Source of the DNA: a virus
Lineage: Duplodnaviria > Caudoviricetes
Virus record (IMG/VR): IMGVR_UViG_3300029442_000006
Location: 1-56,300 of that record
Direction: 5' to 3' (one strand)
DNA length: 56,300 nucleotides
Shown here: piece after piece, positions 35,592-46,500 of the stretch
Layout: every line of letters begins with the position of its first letter
How positions within the stretch are numbered: position 1 is the first letter of the stretch
The notes under the pieces: model-generated
Databases searched by the model: none
What the model was told of the DNA's origin: nothing
The model's input: the letters and a program-made list of their open reading frames with translations, nothing else
Program-made: the position numbers and the translations under genes

Positions 35592-38323
35592 TTGAGTATC
35601 ATCCCCCGGCAGGAAACTGAATTGGAAAGTCCAAAGCCGTCAAAAGCGTAGATTCCAAAAATATAAGCCGTTGGGATATTGGTTTGTGTCCCGCACCATC
35701 TCCATTCCGGCGCACGACCGTTGATGGCCACACTCTGATAATAGGAGAGTGTCGCATTGGTCGGGTTGTGCTCGATTGCAAACCACTCAACATCTGTCGG
35801 TTGGAATCGTGTGCCGCCAAAACTCCGACGAGTACTCCCTAGCGCATCGTTAAAAGTGTTAGTGTCCGCCGCCGGGCTGGATGTATAAACCGTGTTGCCA
35901 ATACCGCGTAGAATCTCAGTGCCACTAGTCCCGGAATAAACCAGTGCGTGAACATTGCTAACACCTGTTTGCGAGCTTGCGACACCCCACGTGCGGTAGT
36001 CAGCCCCCAAACTTTCTCTCACCGCGTTTGCATTTCCCCATTGGCGGGCTATCAAGCATTCAAACCGGTGCCACGTGTTCGTTGAGGGAGACAGCAGCCC
36101 GACAATGCGTGATTGTTGAACCAGCTCGTTCGGTGACTGGAAGTCCAACCAATTCGCCCGGTTGGTTATTACCCAACTGCCGACGTTAATCACGGCTAGG
36201 CTACTCCCGTTTGTGGTCAACTGAGTCGGCCAGTATTCGACACTGCCGGTCATTTTGGTAACATCCGGTTCACCCACTGCTGCCCAGCCAAAAGCGTTTG
36301 ACATCACGACTGCGCCTGTGCGTGTGTCGTTGGAGAAGTTGACCGGAGCGACATAGGTTGCCACCGCATTCGTACCGCCTAACAAGCTTACCGTCACGCC
36401 GGTCGAGGAGTTGCTGACTGTGGCGTAGAGCAGCCCCGCGCTGGTGTTCGTGGAGCCCGTGGTGACGGCGACTAAATTATATTGTGCATTCGGGTCATTC
36501 GTCCCAATCCCCCACACTGAGCCGCTGCCGCTGACGATGCCTGCTAACTCACCGGTATTGGTCAATGTGATGCCGGAAATCTTCCCACTAATTGCCGACG
36601 ATAACGTGTTGGACAACGACACTTCCCGGTTCGTCGCCGCGCTAAGTAAGTCGTAACCGAGAGAGGTCACGGCATTACTCACCGCCGCCGCCGCGCCAAC
36701 TACGTCAAACAGATTGCTACCAAGACTGCCAATGTCACGATTCCACGCTGCCGCAACTACGCCGCTAAATGTTCCGCTGCCTGTCCATATCACAGCGCTG
36801 CCGGCATTGGTCGCGTAGAGGCTGTTTGTCGCAAACGCTGAGTTGGTGGCGAATGTGCTGCTGGCAGAATATCCGCTATTCGTGGCGAATCCCGCATTCG
36901 TGGCATAGCCGGCGTTCGTCGCGTACAGGCTGCTGGCCGAGTAAAGCGATTGGGTAGCGTACAGGCTGGAAGCTGAGAACGTCGCGCTGCCGCTGTTTGT
37001 GGCATAAAGCGCACTGCTAGCAAAAGTCGCTGTCTTACTGTTCGTCGCGTAGTTTCCAGCGGTCGAGAAATCCGCATTGGTCGCATGGCTTACGTTAGCC
37101 GCCGCGCCAATCGGGTCAAACGGCAACCCCGCAACATTCAAGTTCGTGACCGTGATCGGCGCAAACAACGTTCCAATCGCCTGCCCGTTCAACTGAATCG
37201 GCCCTCCGATTAGATTGAGTGCGCCAACCCCATTCGAGCAACTCGTAACTGTTAGAACCACCCCTGAGCAAACCAAGCTACCGCCGTTTTGGAATGCTAG
37301 CATTGTCAAGTTTGTGATATTGTTTCCACCGGCATTAACCGTGTTAGTGAGTACGTATGGGTTACTCCCTGTTACCGTAATGCTGCCGCCATTTTGAATC
37401 GCTTGACCATTGATGATGAATCCGCCATTCGTGACCGCTTGGCCTTGCAAGACCACGTTGCTGCCACCAACCGTGAGACTGCCGTTAAGTGTTAGGTTGC
37501 TACCCACGATGTTGCCGCCGGTATCAACGGTGAACGGCGAGTAGGAGTCGGAGCCGCCAACATAGAGGCCGGAGTCGCCGATTAAATAACCGCCTTCGAT
37601 ATTAAGTCCATAGGCTGTGAGGTTGCCGCCTTGGACCCAAAACCCTGTAGAAGCACCCCTTGCCCAGTCGGCGCTGTCGGCGGAGCTGGCGGTGCCGGCC
37701 CAGTTGGCGTAGCTGGCGTTGTTGGCGTTGTCAGCGTAGCCGGCATTAGAGGCGTAGCCGGCTGAGTCGGCGGTGCCGGCTGAGTCGGCGTAGTTGGCTT
37801 CGTTGGCGTAGCCGGCGGAGTTGGCGTAGCCGGCGTAGCCGGCGTTGTTGGCGTCGCCGGCGTTGTCGGCGTATGATGAGGACGTCGAGCTACCAGCATT
37901 TGCCACCGTCCCACTGGCCGAAAGTCCAGAAGCAAACGCAACATTGTTGCTAGTGATTAGCCCATTGACGTCGTTGGAGGAGATAATTGGAGTCGAGATT
38001 ATGAGAAAGTTATTACTGACCGTCCCGAGGTCCGTCTTGCTATTAACGATACCCAAGGTGGTATCGTTGGTGCTGGAGACAATCTGGTTGACTTGGTTAG
38101 AGGTTAGCGCATCGCCTGATGTAACGCCTCCGCCTGCGGTAGTTTGCGAAGTCCCGTCGCCAAAGATGATCCCTCCCTGAAAAAATCCCCAGCCATTCGG
38201 CACAAGACTCAAGGAGTGTGGTGCAGCCGGGTTACTGGAGAGCGAAAGGTTTTTCCCTTGATATTGAGCGTGGACTGAACACACGCAAAGAATTAGACCG
38301 AGCGTTGTAAGGATTCGTTTCAT
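35588..38323 (-). CDS. Tail fibre / adhesin-like protein with signal peptide (911 aa)
   Basis: GGIIFGDGTSQTTA fibre motif; 6-residue repeats YADNAG/YANSAG and YATNAG/FATNS; C-terminal beta domain; MKRILTTLGLILCVCSVHA|Q. Confidence 0.7.
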   Translation of the reverse strand: MKRILTTLGLILCVCSVHAQYQGKNLSLSSNPAAPHSLSLVPNGWGFFQGGIIFGDGTSQTTAGGGVTSGDALTSNQVNQIVSSTNDTTLGIVNSKTDLGTVSNNFLIISTPIISSNDVNGLITSNNVAFASGLSASGTVANAGSSTSSSYADNAGDANNAGYAGYANSAGYANEANYADSAGTADSAGYASNAGYADNANNASYANWAGTASSADSADWARGASTGFWVQGGNLTAYGLNIEGGYLIGDSGLYVGGSDSYSPFTVDTGGNIVGSNLTLNGSLTVGGSNVVLQGQAVTNGGFIINGQAIQNGGSITVTGSNPYVLTNTVNAGGNNITNLTMLAFQNGGSLVCSGVVLTVTSCSNGVGALNLIGGPIQLNGQAIGTLFAPITVTNLNVAGLPFDPIGAAANVSHATNADFSTAGNYATNSKTATFASSALYATNSGSATFSASSLYATQSLYSASSLYATNAGYATNAGFATNSGYSASSTFATNSAFATNSLYATNAGSAVIWTGSGTFSGVVAAAWNRDIGSLGSNLFDVVGAAAAVSNAVTSLGYDLLSAATNREVSLSNTLSSAISGKISGITLTNTGELAGIVSGSGSVWGIGTNDPNAQYNLVAVTTGSTNTSAGLLYATVSNSSTGVTVSLLGGTNAVATYVAPVNFSNDTRTGAVVMSNAFGWAAVGEPDVTKMTGSVEYWPTQLTTNGSSLAVINVGSWVITNRANWLDFQSPNELVQQSRIVGLLSPSTNTWHRFECLIARQWGNANAVRESLGADYRTWGVASSQTGVSNVHALVYSGTSGTEILRGIGNTVYTSSPAADTNTFNDALGSTRRSFGGTRFQPTDVEWFAIEHNPTNATLSYYQSVAINGRAPEWRWCGTQTNIPTAYIFGIYAFDGFGLSNSVSCRGMILK

Positions 38324-39405
38324 GATAGGAAAGCCACCGCCCAATTTCCGTTGAAAGCCGATCCACCCCCCGGAGCCACCGGAACGCTAATCCTCACGGT
38401 GTCACTTCCGGGAAGCTGCGTGAATACCGGCACGCCGGGATCCGGACCTGTGGATGGAAGGACGCCAATAGACAGCGAACCGGTCGCTGTCATTCCGACT
38501 ACTGGAATATCTACATAAAGATTCGCCCCGCTAATGCTGAAGATGCCATGTTGTCCCACGGGAGCCGGCGGTGTCGCCGGTGTTCCACTACCGCCACCAC
38601 ACGCAATCATGGAACCCGTTCTCGGCATTGGAGGAACGTAAATTCGATCATTTGTCCCTTGTCGAATTGACCGGTCTTGCAACCACGCTGAACGGAGCAA
38701 TTCTTCCCCTTGTTGTCCGAACAATGCCGCGCGGTCTTCCTCAAATGAGTTCAACGAGACTGCGCTAGCCACCAGATAACACAATTCATTGAAGAGTTTA
38801 TCACTGAAAAAGTCGGATTTTGGAGTCGAGTAGAATGTATCATCCGGCAGGGGGAGAAAAGCATCATACTCCAATTTTAGCATTACCTGAGCATCCAGCG
38901 GCGGCGCGGTTAAAACCATCTGCCCCTCTAAATCCATCCAGCCGCTATGCTGTTGGTCGGTAAATTGAAACCATTCATTCCAACCACCCCACCAGTCGGA
39001 AAGCGAACGCTGCGGTCGCTGATTGCGTTCCATTTCTGTAACCGAGCGTAACGCTCGACCGCCTGTGATGCCATTCGGAGTGACCGGACGAACAAACCGC
39101 ATTTTCTTATAATCAGACGGGTAGGGGATTCCGTAATAAGTTGTGGGGTTTGCCGGGTCTAATGGTGGATACCAGACGTATTGATGCGCTTGCGCCAATC
39201 GCCAGTTACCGTCACTAATCTTTTCCAACTTACCCGAACGACTAGAGTACCACGGCATTTGTAGTTTGCGGTGGACTACCTGAATGGAAGGGCGGATCAT
39301 CGGCGCACCGGGTAAAGCGGTTGCTGCCGTTGTCGAGCCGGCAAGGTTCGGACGGTTGAGCATCCGAACTACATAATTTTCTACATCTGCATAAGTTGTT
39401 GCCAT
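38320..39405 (-). CDS. Head-tail adaptor-like protein with C-terminal extension (361 aa)
   Basis: MATTYADVENYVVRMLNR, PSDYKKMRFV, LCYLVASA...EEDRA resemble podoviral adaptor proteins. Confidence 0.6.
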   Translation of the reverse strand: MATTYADVENYVVRMLNRPNLAGSTTAATALPGAPMIRPSIQVVHRKLQMPWYSSRSGKLEKISDGNWRLAQAHQYVWYPPLDPANPTTYYGIPYPSDYKKMRFVRPVTPNGITGGRALRSVTEMERNQRPQRSLSDWWGGWNEWFQFTDQQHSGWMDLEGQMVLTAPPLDAQVMLKLEYDAFLPLPDDTFYSTPKSDFFSDKLFNELCYLVASAVSLNSFEEDRAALFGQQGEELLRSAWLQDRSIRQGTNDRIYVPPMPRTGSMIACGGGSGTPATPPAPVGQHGIFSISGANLYVDIPVVGMTATGSLSIGVLPSTGPDPGVPVFTQLPGSDTVRISVPVAPGGGSAFNGNWAVAFLS

Positions 39406-39421
39406 GAGTTTCTGGCAACTG

Positions 39422-39443
39422 ACTACTGCAACTTTCGGGCCAA
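39422..39443 (-). promoter_or_regulatory. Sigma-54 late promoter P4 (adaptor/fibre/membrane module)
   Basis: TTGGCCCGAAAGTTGCAGTAGT; intergenic, 8 nt after the bEBP stop. Confidence 0.88.
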
Positions 39444-39451
39444 CAGGTAGC

Positions 39452-40519
39452 TTAGGAAAGCTCGGTGAAGTGGTCGGGAGTTAAAACATTAACCCCTGCA
39501 CCCGCAGTCAAGGCAGCCTGTCGCACCACGTCAAACAGTTGGCGGGCATTCCCCGGCCAGTGCTGGCGAGATAAAAGCTGCTTTGCGTCCTCCGAAAACA
39601 GCCATTGACCGCCAAACTCGCCTGCCGCCGTTTGCAACGCATGTTCTGCGAGCAGGACAATATCCCGCTCACCACGTTCTCGAAGTGGGGGGATGAAGAT
39701 TGCCACCTGTTTCAGACGGTAATACACATCCGAGCGGAATCGCCCTTGCTTGATCGCCGCATTCAAATCTTGGTTGGAGGTCGAAATAATTCGTAAATTG
39801 ACAGCCTTTTCAGTATTGGAGCCAACGCGGGTGATTCGCCGGTGTTGCAGGAAATCGAGCAGCTTGGCCTGAGTTTCAATCGGTATTTCACTTACTTCAT
39901 CGAGTAAGAGGGTTCCGCCTTCCGCTGCCTCCACTCGCCCCATCCGATCTGTATTGGCTCCCGTGAATGCGCCGCGAACATGCCCGTTGAGTTCGCTATC
40001 CCAAAGGGTTCCGGTAATCGCCGGGCAGCAGATTGTTTTGAAAGGTTTCGCATGACGTTGGCTAGCCTTATGAATCAGTTCTGCCAAAAAAGACTTGCCG
40101 GTACCTGTTTCACCGGTAATTAAAAGCGACGCATCCCGATTTGATAAAAGTTCCGCCGTCGAGCGCATTGCCTTGATGATAGGGGACTCGCCCACAAATG
40201 AATCCAACCAATGTTTTCGCCCTTGTAATGCGACTGGATGGATCAAGGTCTCAACAATCTTGCGGGAAAGCTCGGATGGGCAAAAGGTTTTCTCGTAACG
40301 AATCACACTTAATGGAAGCCTTGCCCGCCTTGCGTACCCATCCTGCATGATTAACACTGCGGATGGAGATTCTTTCATTTTACTTTCAGCGTCAAACCAT
40401 CGCTGGGCGATATGGATCGAGATTGTTTTTGAAGCGTTCCGAATTGTTTCGATAACCAGCGACCGGCGATTAAAGTCCGGTTCATACACCACTACGGTTT
40501 GCGGCGCAGACGTAATCAT
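39452..40519 (-). CDS. Sigma-54 bacterial enhancer-binding protein (NtrC-family AAA+), degenerate receiver-like N-terminus, no C-terminal HTH
   Basis: [60 protein letters not shown]; the protein ends about 25 aa after sensor II. Confidence 0.95.
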   Translation of the reverse strand: MITSAPQTVVVYEPDFNRRSLVIETIRNASKTISIHIAQRWFDAESKMKESPSAVLIMQDGYARRARLPLSVIRYEKTFCPSELSRKIVETLIHPVALQGRKHWLDSFVGESPIIKAMRSTAELLSNRDASLLITGETGTGKSFLAELIHKASQRHAKPFKTICCPAITGTLWDSELNGHVRGAFTGANTDRMGRVEAAEGGTLLLDEVSEIPIETQAKLLDFLQHRRITRVGSNTEKAVNLRIISTSNQDLNAAIKQGRFRSDVYYRLKQVAIFIPPLRERGERDIVLLAEHALQTAAGEFGGQWLFSEDAKQLLSRQHWPGNARQLFDVVRQAALTAGAGVNVLTPDHFTELS

Positions 40520-40540
40520 TATACAGCCTCCTTTCGGAGG

Positions 40541-40571
40541 ATTATGTATTACTCCGCTCTGTAAAAGTCAA
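40541..40571 (-). promoter_or_regulatory. Possible sigma-70 promoter for the bEBP gene
   Basis: TTGACT followed at 17-19 nt by TACATA/CATAAT; the RBS lies in hairpin CCTCC-GAAA-GGAGG. Confidence 0.45.
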
Positions 40572-40577
40572 TCAATT

Positions 40578-43500
40578 TTACTGCGAAATCGTCTGAATCA
40601 TATCCGACATCGAGGAGGCCGAGCGGGTCTTCGATGTTTTTTCAATTCTCGATAATAACTCATTCTTTTGGTCGTCAGTGAGCGAGCGCGAATATGAGAT
40701 TTTTTCTTCAATCATTCCGCGTATTTCGCTTTGTTCGGCTGATGTAAGTTTTTCAAAATAGTCAACCGCCTCCTTTGGGTGGACGTGTTGTAACTTGGCT
40801 TCTAGCGAAGAAAGTGCCGCCTGTTTTTCAATCGCTCGAACATCTGCCTCTGTAATCTTACCAGCCGAGTAAGCCGCATTGAGTGCGTTGACGGCTTTCG
40901 GATCATTAGCGCGATACATTTCGATTAAGGATTGCCGCTCAGACTGTGGCTTACCGGATGGTAAAAGCTGGCGAAGCAGTGTTTGCGCTTGTCCGCTACC
41001 GGGGACTCCAGCAAAGGTTGCCGCGCTACCCGCAAGAGCTAACCCCGCTTGAGCCTTTGTATTCGGAGTCTGTGCTTGTGCATATCTCTTTACGGACTGC
41101 GCCGCCCCCTCTATTGCATCTACAACAGGGATTCCAGTGCTACCATACTTCCATGCGCTTACGGCGTTACCCGCCATCGGAGCTACGTTTTTGACCAAAT
41201 CAATTAACAATTCCTCGCCGGCTTTGACCGCTGGGCTTGGTTCGTTTTTACGCGGTTTTTTGACTTTCTGTTGGATTCCGGCAGCCGCGAGTAAAGCCTC
41301 CGCAATCTCTTTCGTAATGTAAACTCCTAACGCAATTACACCCAAGTGAATCAAGGAAGAAATAATTATCCCTGCCGCTGCTCGACATGCTTGTTTTGCG
41401 TCGCGTTCCTCAATTCCAAGTGCTTTGAAATCGCGTTTGTAAAAACCGTACCGCTCCATTAGATACCCTTGAAATGTAGTAACCGCTCGATCCAGCGTGA
41501 CGTTGCCGGATAGCGCACCCTGCGACCGCATCAATGGCAAATCTTTTGTGAAAACTGAGGCAGTCGCCCCATGTGAATATACTAGAGCGGTTGCAAGACT
41601 CTCCTTGTTGAGTGGGATTTCCCCCGTTTCTGGTACGGGAGTACCCGCTTCTTCCATCAGCTTCCCGTAAGCCCCCGCAAAACATGCCATTGAATTGTAT
41701 TTATCCGTTACACGAGCGACCAAGTATTCGCTGGGGTGCATCCCTTGTTTCTTGTACATATCGCCGCCGCCACGGATGAATAATTCTGGAACATTCCGTT
41801 GCATGAAATCTTGCCAGCGGGTTTGACAGCAGTGAGCCACACCAGCGGCATACCACGACGGCCCGATCAACGCCTGTGCGATTCCAGCGTTTGAGATGTG
41901 CTTCATTTGTGAGAAGGGACGGTAGCTTGTCATCGCCCGATTCATCCGATTGGAAACCCAATCCACCCACTTAATCCGCTTTTGCCCATTGTCACCGCCG
42001 CCACGCTTAGCGACTGCATCTAGCCAGAGGCGAACAGCGTATTGGCCGGTAGCTCCATAGTGTTCACGGAACTTTTCCGAGCTAATTGCTCGCATCAGCA
42101 CTTGAACCGGTTCTTGCATGGAAAGATAATAGGCAACATCATCCATGTGCTGCTGAAAGACTCGCGTTGCATCCAGTTGAACATTCATGGCTCCACCGGT
42201 TCGCTTCATGGTGAATCCTTGTGGCGCTTTTGCCGACGGTTTCCGGCGTTGCTCAAACAGGCGATCATAAACTTCCATATCTGAAAGCTGTGACCAATCC
42301 CGAAGTCGCGGCCAGTAATTCTTAACTTTTGGCATTTCCCGATTGTAAAGCCGCCGCGTCAGATTGTTCACGGCGTCATATTGTGAATCCATCCGCTCGC
42401 GCGCATAGTCGTAAAACTTTTTCTCGTTGGCTTTTAAGAAAGCATCGGGATTAAACCATAGCTGATCAATGATGGACTTATCCACGCCACTCTCAAAAAG
42501 GTTTTCGACTCCTCCCGCCTGCATCGCCTCAGCGTAAGCGGCAATTCGCGAACTTGCGGCTGAATCAATTTTCCATTCCTGCAACTTCTCTGCAAGGTCG
42601 CCATAGAGTTTTTTGGACAACTTGAGATACTCTTGGTGTCCTAAGTCCACCGGCCCTTTTAGCCATTTAACCAGTCCTTTGCCGTAGTTCCGGGCGGACA
42701 TTAAATCTAAAACATAGTTGATCGGCGGATAAGCCCACCCAAAACGGGTCTGCAAATTCCGCATTGAAATCACTCGGTTGGCAAGATTATCTTGCCATGT
42801 TAGCTCTGAACCCGGTTGTGGACGGAGTAGGGGGTGTTCATTCAATGGGTGCGTCTCGCCCTCTGTTCCAAATAACCCAACGAGTTCTTGTACCTGCGAT
42901 TCAAAAAGTTGCTTCCGAATCTCTTCCGTAACGCGCCCCAATGTAACAAGCTGTTTGGTCTGCTCCGCCATCTGTTGCAGAGCTTCTGTGGACATTGCCG
43001 CATGATCCGAATTGATGAATTGGCGCAACCGGTCTTTGACTTCGACTGACACGTTCTCACTTTGCACGGCGGCTCGTGCCAGTTTCAAAATCGAGCGATA
43101 CGCTTCCCGTCGGCTTGTTTCATCTGCGAAACTGTCAATCCGCGCCACGATGGATGCCGCCTTTTTGTAACGTGCATAAACCGATTTCGCCATTTCCTTT
43201 TCACTCAACATCTTCGTCGGATCGGGTTCTTTCAAAGCATCCGTTAAAGCTCTGGCGTAACGCCCTGCAAGATTCCGTCCTAATCGCTCCTCAGCGTAAC
43301 CAATTAAACTCTTTTTCAGGAAGTCAGTAATCTGGCGTTGGTAGTTAAACGCCTGTTGAATGTCGCTTGATTTCTTGGCTTCACCATAAGCGCGACCACT
43401 GGCAGCGGCTTCTTCCATCGCCGCTATTTTCTCATTCAAAAATGCCGCCGCACCTATCGCAGTCGAAAGCTCATCGGTTGTACGCTTGATAATCTGTTTC

Positions 43501-46500
43501 GTCGTCTCGCCACTACTCGGTACAGTTTCCTGCCGAATAATATCCTTGATTACAGTGTCAGTAAAACGCGGGTCTTTCCCTCTGCGATTCCGAGCAAAGC
43601 CCCGCGCTAAACCTAATGCGGTTCGCTCTAATCGTGTCGGTGGCGTTTCGTGAAGAAGCTCACCCTTCACGTACACTTGCCCGATCTGTTGCCCTTGTTC
43701 GTTTTGACGAGTGCGAAGCCCGGTGAATGGCTTCTCTGGCTGCTCTCCCTCATCCTCCGCGCCACCGGGTTCAGTCGGCTTGGACGGCGGGGTGGGGGGC
43801 GGCAGTGCCCCGGCCTCGCTTCTGGCGAATAGCGGTTGCCCCTTGGTCAGCACGTCGGCCTTCATGCTGGGTGTCAGCTTAATGATGTGGAGGGGGACGG
43901 TATCAGGATTAGACTCGTACCACTTTTGGTATGCAGATGTCTGTGTGTAAAACTTCCCACTCGCGCGCTCAGACTCATATTGATCCTGCAACCCGCTTTC
44001 CTTTAAAAATGTTCCAAAGTCTTTTTGTGGATTAAGATTTGTTGGCGCGTTCGCCGTCTCAACCGTCCCTCCCCACTGCTTGACGTACTTCTTGGCGTAG
44101 TCAACGAGCATCTTATCGTACAGCGTCGAAGCCCAGCCACCGCCGACGCGCAACTGCTCGCCCTTCAATTCGTGGTTGCCCGCCCCATTGACAGGGGTTT
44201 CCAGCAACTTCTTGGCAACGTCTTTCCCAACGTAGTCCGCCAACTTCTCAGGTGGGACTCCCTGCTCTTTGATAACCTGCTGGTCGCCTTTTCGCGCCGA
44301 CAACTGTTTGTTGTACGGGTCATAGTGAACGCTATCCACTTCCTTGCTCAGATCATACCGCTCGGCCACGACGCTGCCGGCGTTCCACCCCACAAAGTCC
44401 ATCCCTTCCTCTGCCGCCTGCCGGATCAGCCATTTCAACGATAGCTCGTAGTGCTTCTGGATGAGGGGGGCATCCGGTGTCTCTTGCTGTCTGACGCGAC
44501 GATCCAACTCCACAAAGGTTTCATTCTCGCTTGTTCCCAAGTCTCGCTCTTGAGCTTTGGCGTACAGTCTCGCGTATTCCGCCTTTTCATCTGCGGTTAG
44601 CGGTTCAAGTTTCTTCTCTGACTCCCGCGCCTTCTGCGCCCAATCCCCCTGCATTTCCAACCCCACCTTGCCCTTGCCAATCCCCGGCACCGTCATCGTG
44701 GAGTAGATCACCCGCGCCACTTGGTTTACGTCCGACTCGTCGCCGTACTGGTGGGCGGAGGGGACGCGGAATGATTCGCCTACTGCCCTGATATTGGAGT
44801 TGGGGTTGCCTTTGTTGTAAATGGACTTGGCGGTTTCCATGATTTCAGAATCAGGCAAACCGTTATAATCACCCTTTTTATCCATCTGAATATCGTCAGC
44901 AAAGGTCGCCAGCTTCTTGCCATCGTAGTAGATAGTGTACTCGCCTTGGGTGACTGAGCGGCGGTTGCGCTCGATCTTCACATTGTCAGTGTTGAATGGC
45001 TGTTTTGCCGGTAAATTAAACACCGCCTCGCCGTACCCCTCGTCGGTCGGCACGTTCTTCATGTAACTGCGGAACTTGGTGACACCGGGAGGATTATGCG
45101 CCGTGTCATAGATTTCTGAGGCGGCTGCCTTCGCGTCTGCGTCCATCAGTGGTACGGGAAAATCATTTTGCCACTTTTTACCAACGAAAACGCTTGGCCC
45201 GGAAAACGACACTTCGATTGTTACGTCATCGCCAGTCATTTCGGGGGCAACTTCCGCTGTGGCTTTGTATCGGCCGGCAAATTTCTTATTGAACGACTCA
45301 ACAAGTTTCTCAACCTTATCTAAAACTTCACTATCAGCTTCCCCGCCCCTGTCCGTCACCTTGACGTTAACCTGATTCTCTCGCAAAAACTCCAACGCTT
45401 CGGCCTTCGTCACCGGCTTACCGTCCGCACTGCGTTGATCAATCCAAGTATTGAACCCGGTCCACTTCAATTCATCGGCCTTCACACCCGGCTTACCGGC
45501 CAGCATCCCCTTCAACTGCTGCGGACTGAACTTCTCTTGCGGTAAGTCTTCCACTGTCTTGGTCAACGCGGAATAGAACGTGTCGGCTTGTTCCTGTGCG
45601 CGCGCGGCTGTGGTCGTTACTGTTTCGCCCGAAGGCTCGACTCTCTCCCCCGGATTGCGCCCTTTCGCCTTCGCTGACAGTAAATCATTCAGGTACGCCC
45701 GAATCTCGGAATCACTCAAATCTAGTGAGAAATTGAGTTTGCGCGCCAGCCGCTTGAACGCCAGCATCACGGCATCCATGAACCGCCGCCATAACCCAAC
45801 CTTGTGCTTACCATCCCGGAACGCTTTAGCAACGACTTCATGGTTGAACTCCGGTGTCCCGCGTTTGTACCCGTAGTTCTTCTCGATCTCACCGGCAATG
45901 TTGTTCCAGTTGCCGCCATACGTCAGACTGCCGATGATGTTCCAGTCGCGTCCGCCCATCTCATTGACGAGCCGGTGACCGGCTTCCTCGCGGATGTCGC
46001 CACGCAACTGGCCGGCGTTGTCGTACCGGTCGAGGAAGAAATGACTGCGGTTGCCGTAGGTGATTGCCCGGACTTCGCCGTTGCGGGAGAGGTGGAAGCG
46101 GGGGTTATCAAGTTTCGCTACTGATTTTTTTTCTCCAAGAAATTGCAACGCCATATCCAACGGAGAGTTGTAGCCCTGATTTTCAAGCACTTCTCCCCAA
46201 GACTCATACCACGCAGTAGGAGAATCCGGTCGTCCAAACCCGCCGCGATCTCTCCGCTGTTTCGGGTTGCGCTTGTCGCCAATCCGCAAGTCAACATCTG
46301 GTACGCTCTTTGCGGAATCAGTCGCAGGGTGATCGCTGATCCGCACATCCACGCGAACATAGTTTGACTCAGGATCGTCGGCAAACTCTGCGGCATTGTT
46401 GGCGTAAAGCTCCGTCGCATCAGGCCAAAGACGGTGAGCCTTAACCGCCGCCTCATAAGATTTCGGATGCAAATACACCGTAAGATACATTGACTCTGAT

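Noticed and set aside
35588-38323. Diversity-generating retroelement target
   Set aside because: No reverse transcriptase in the genome and no TR/VR pair noticed
6497-39443. The four 22-mers as CRISPR repeats or att sites
   Set aside because: Dispersed by kilobases, no spacers, no cas or integrase gene; orientation and position fit promoters
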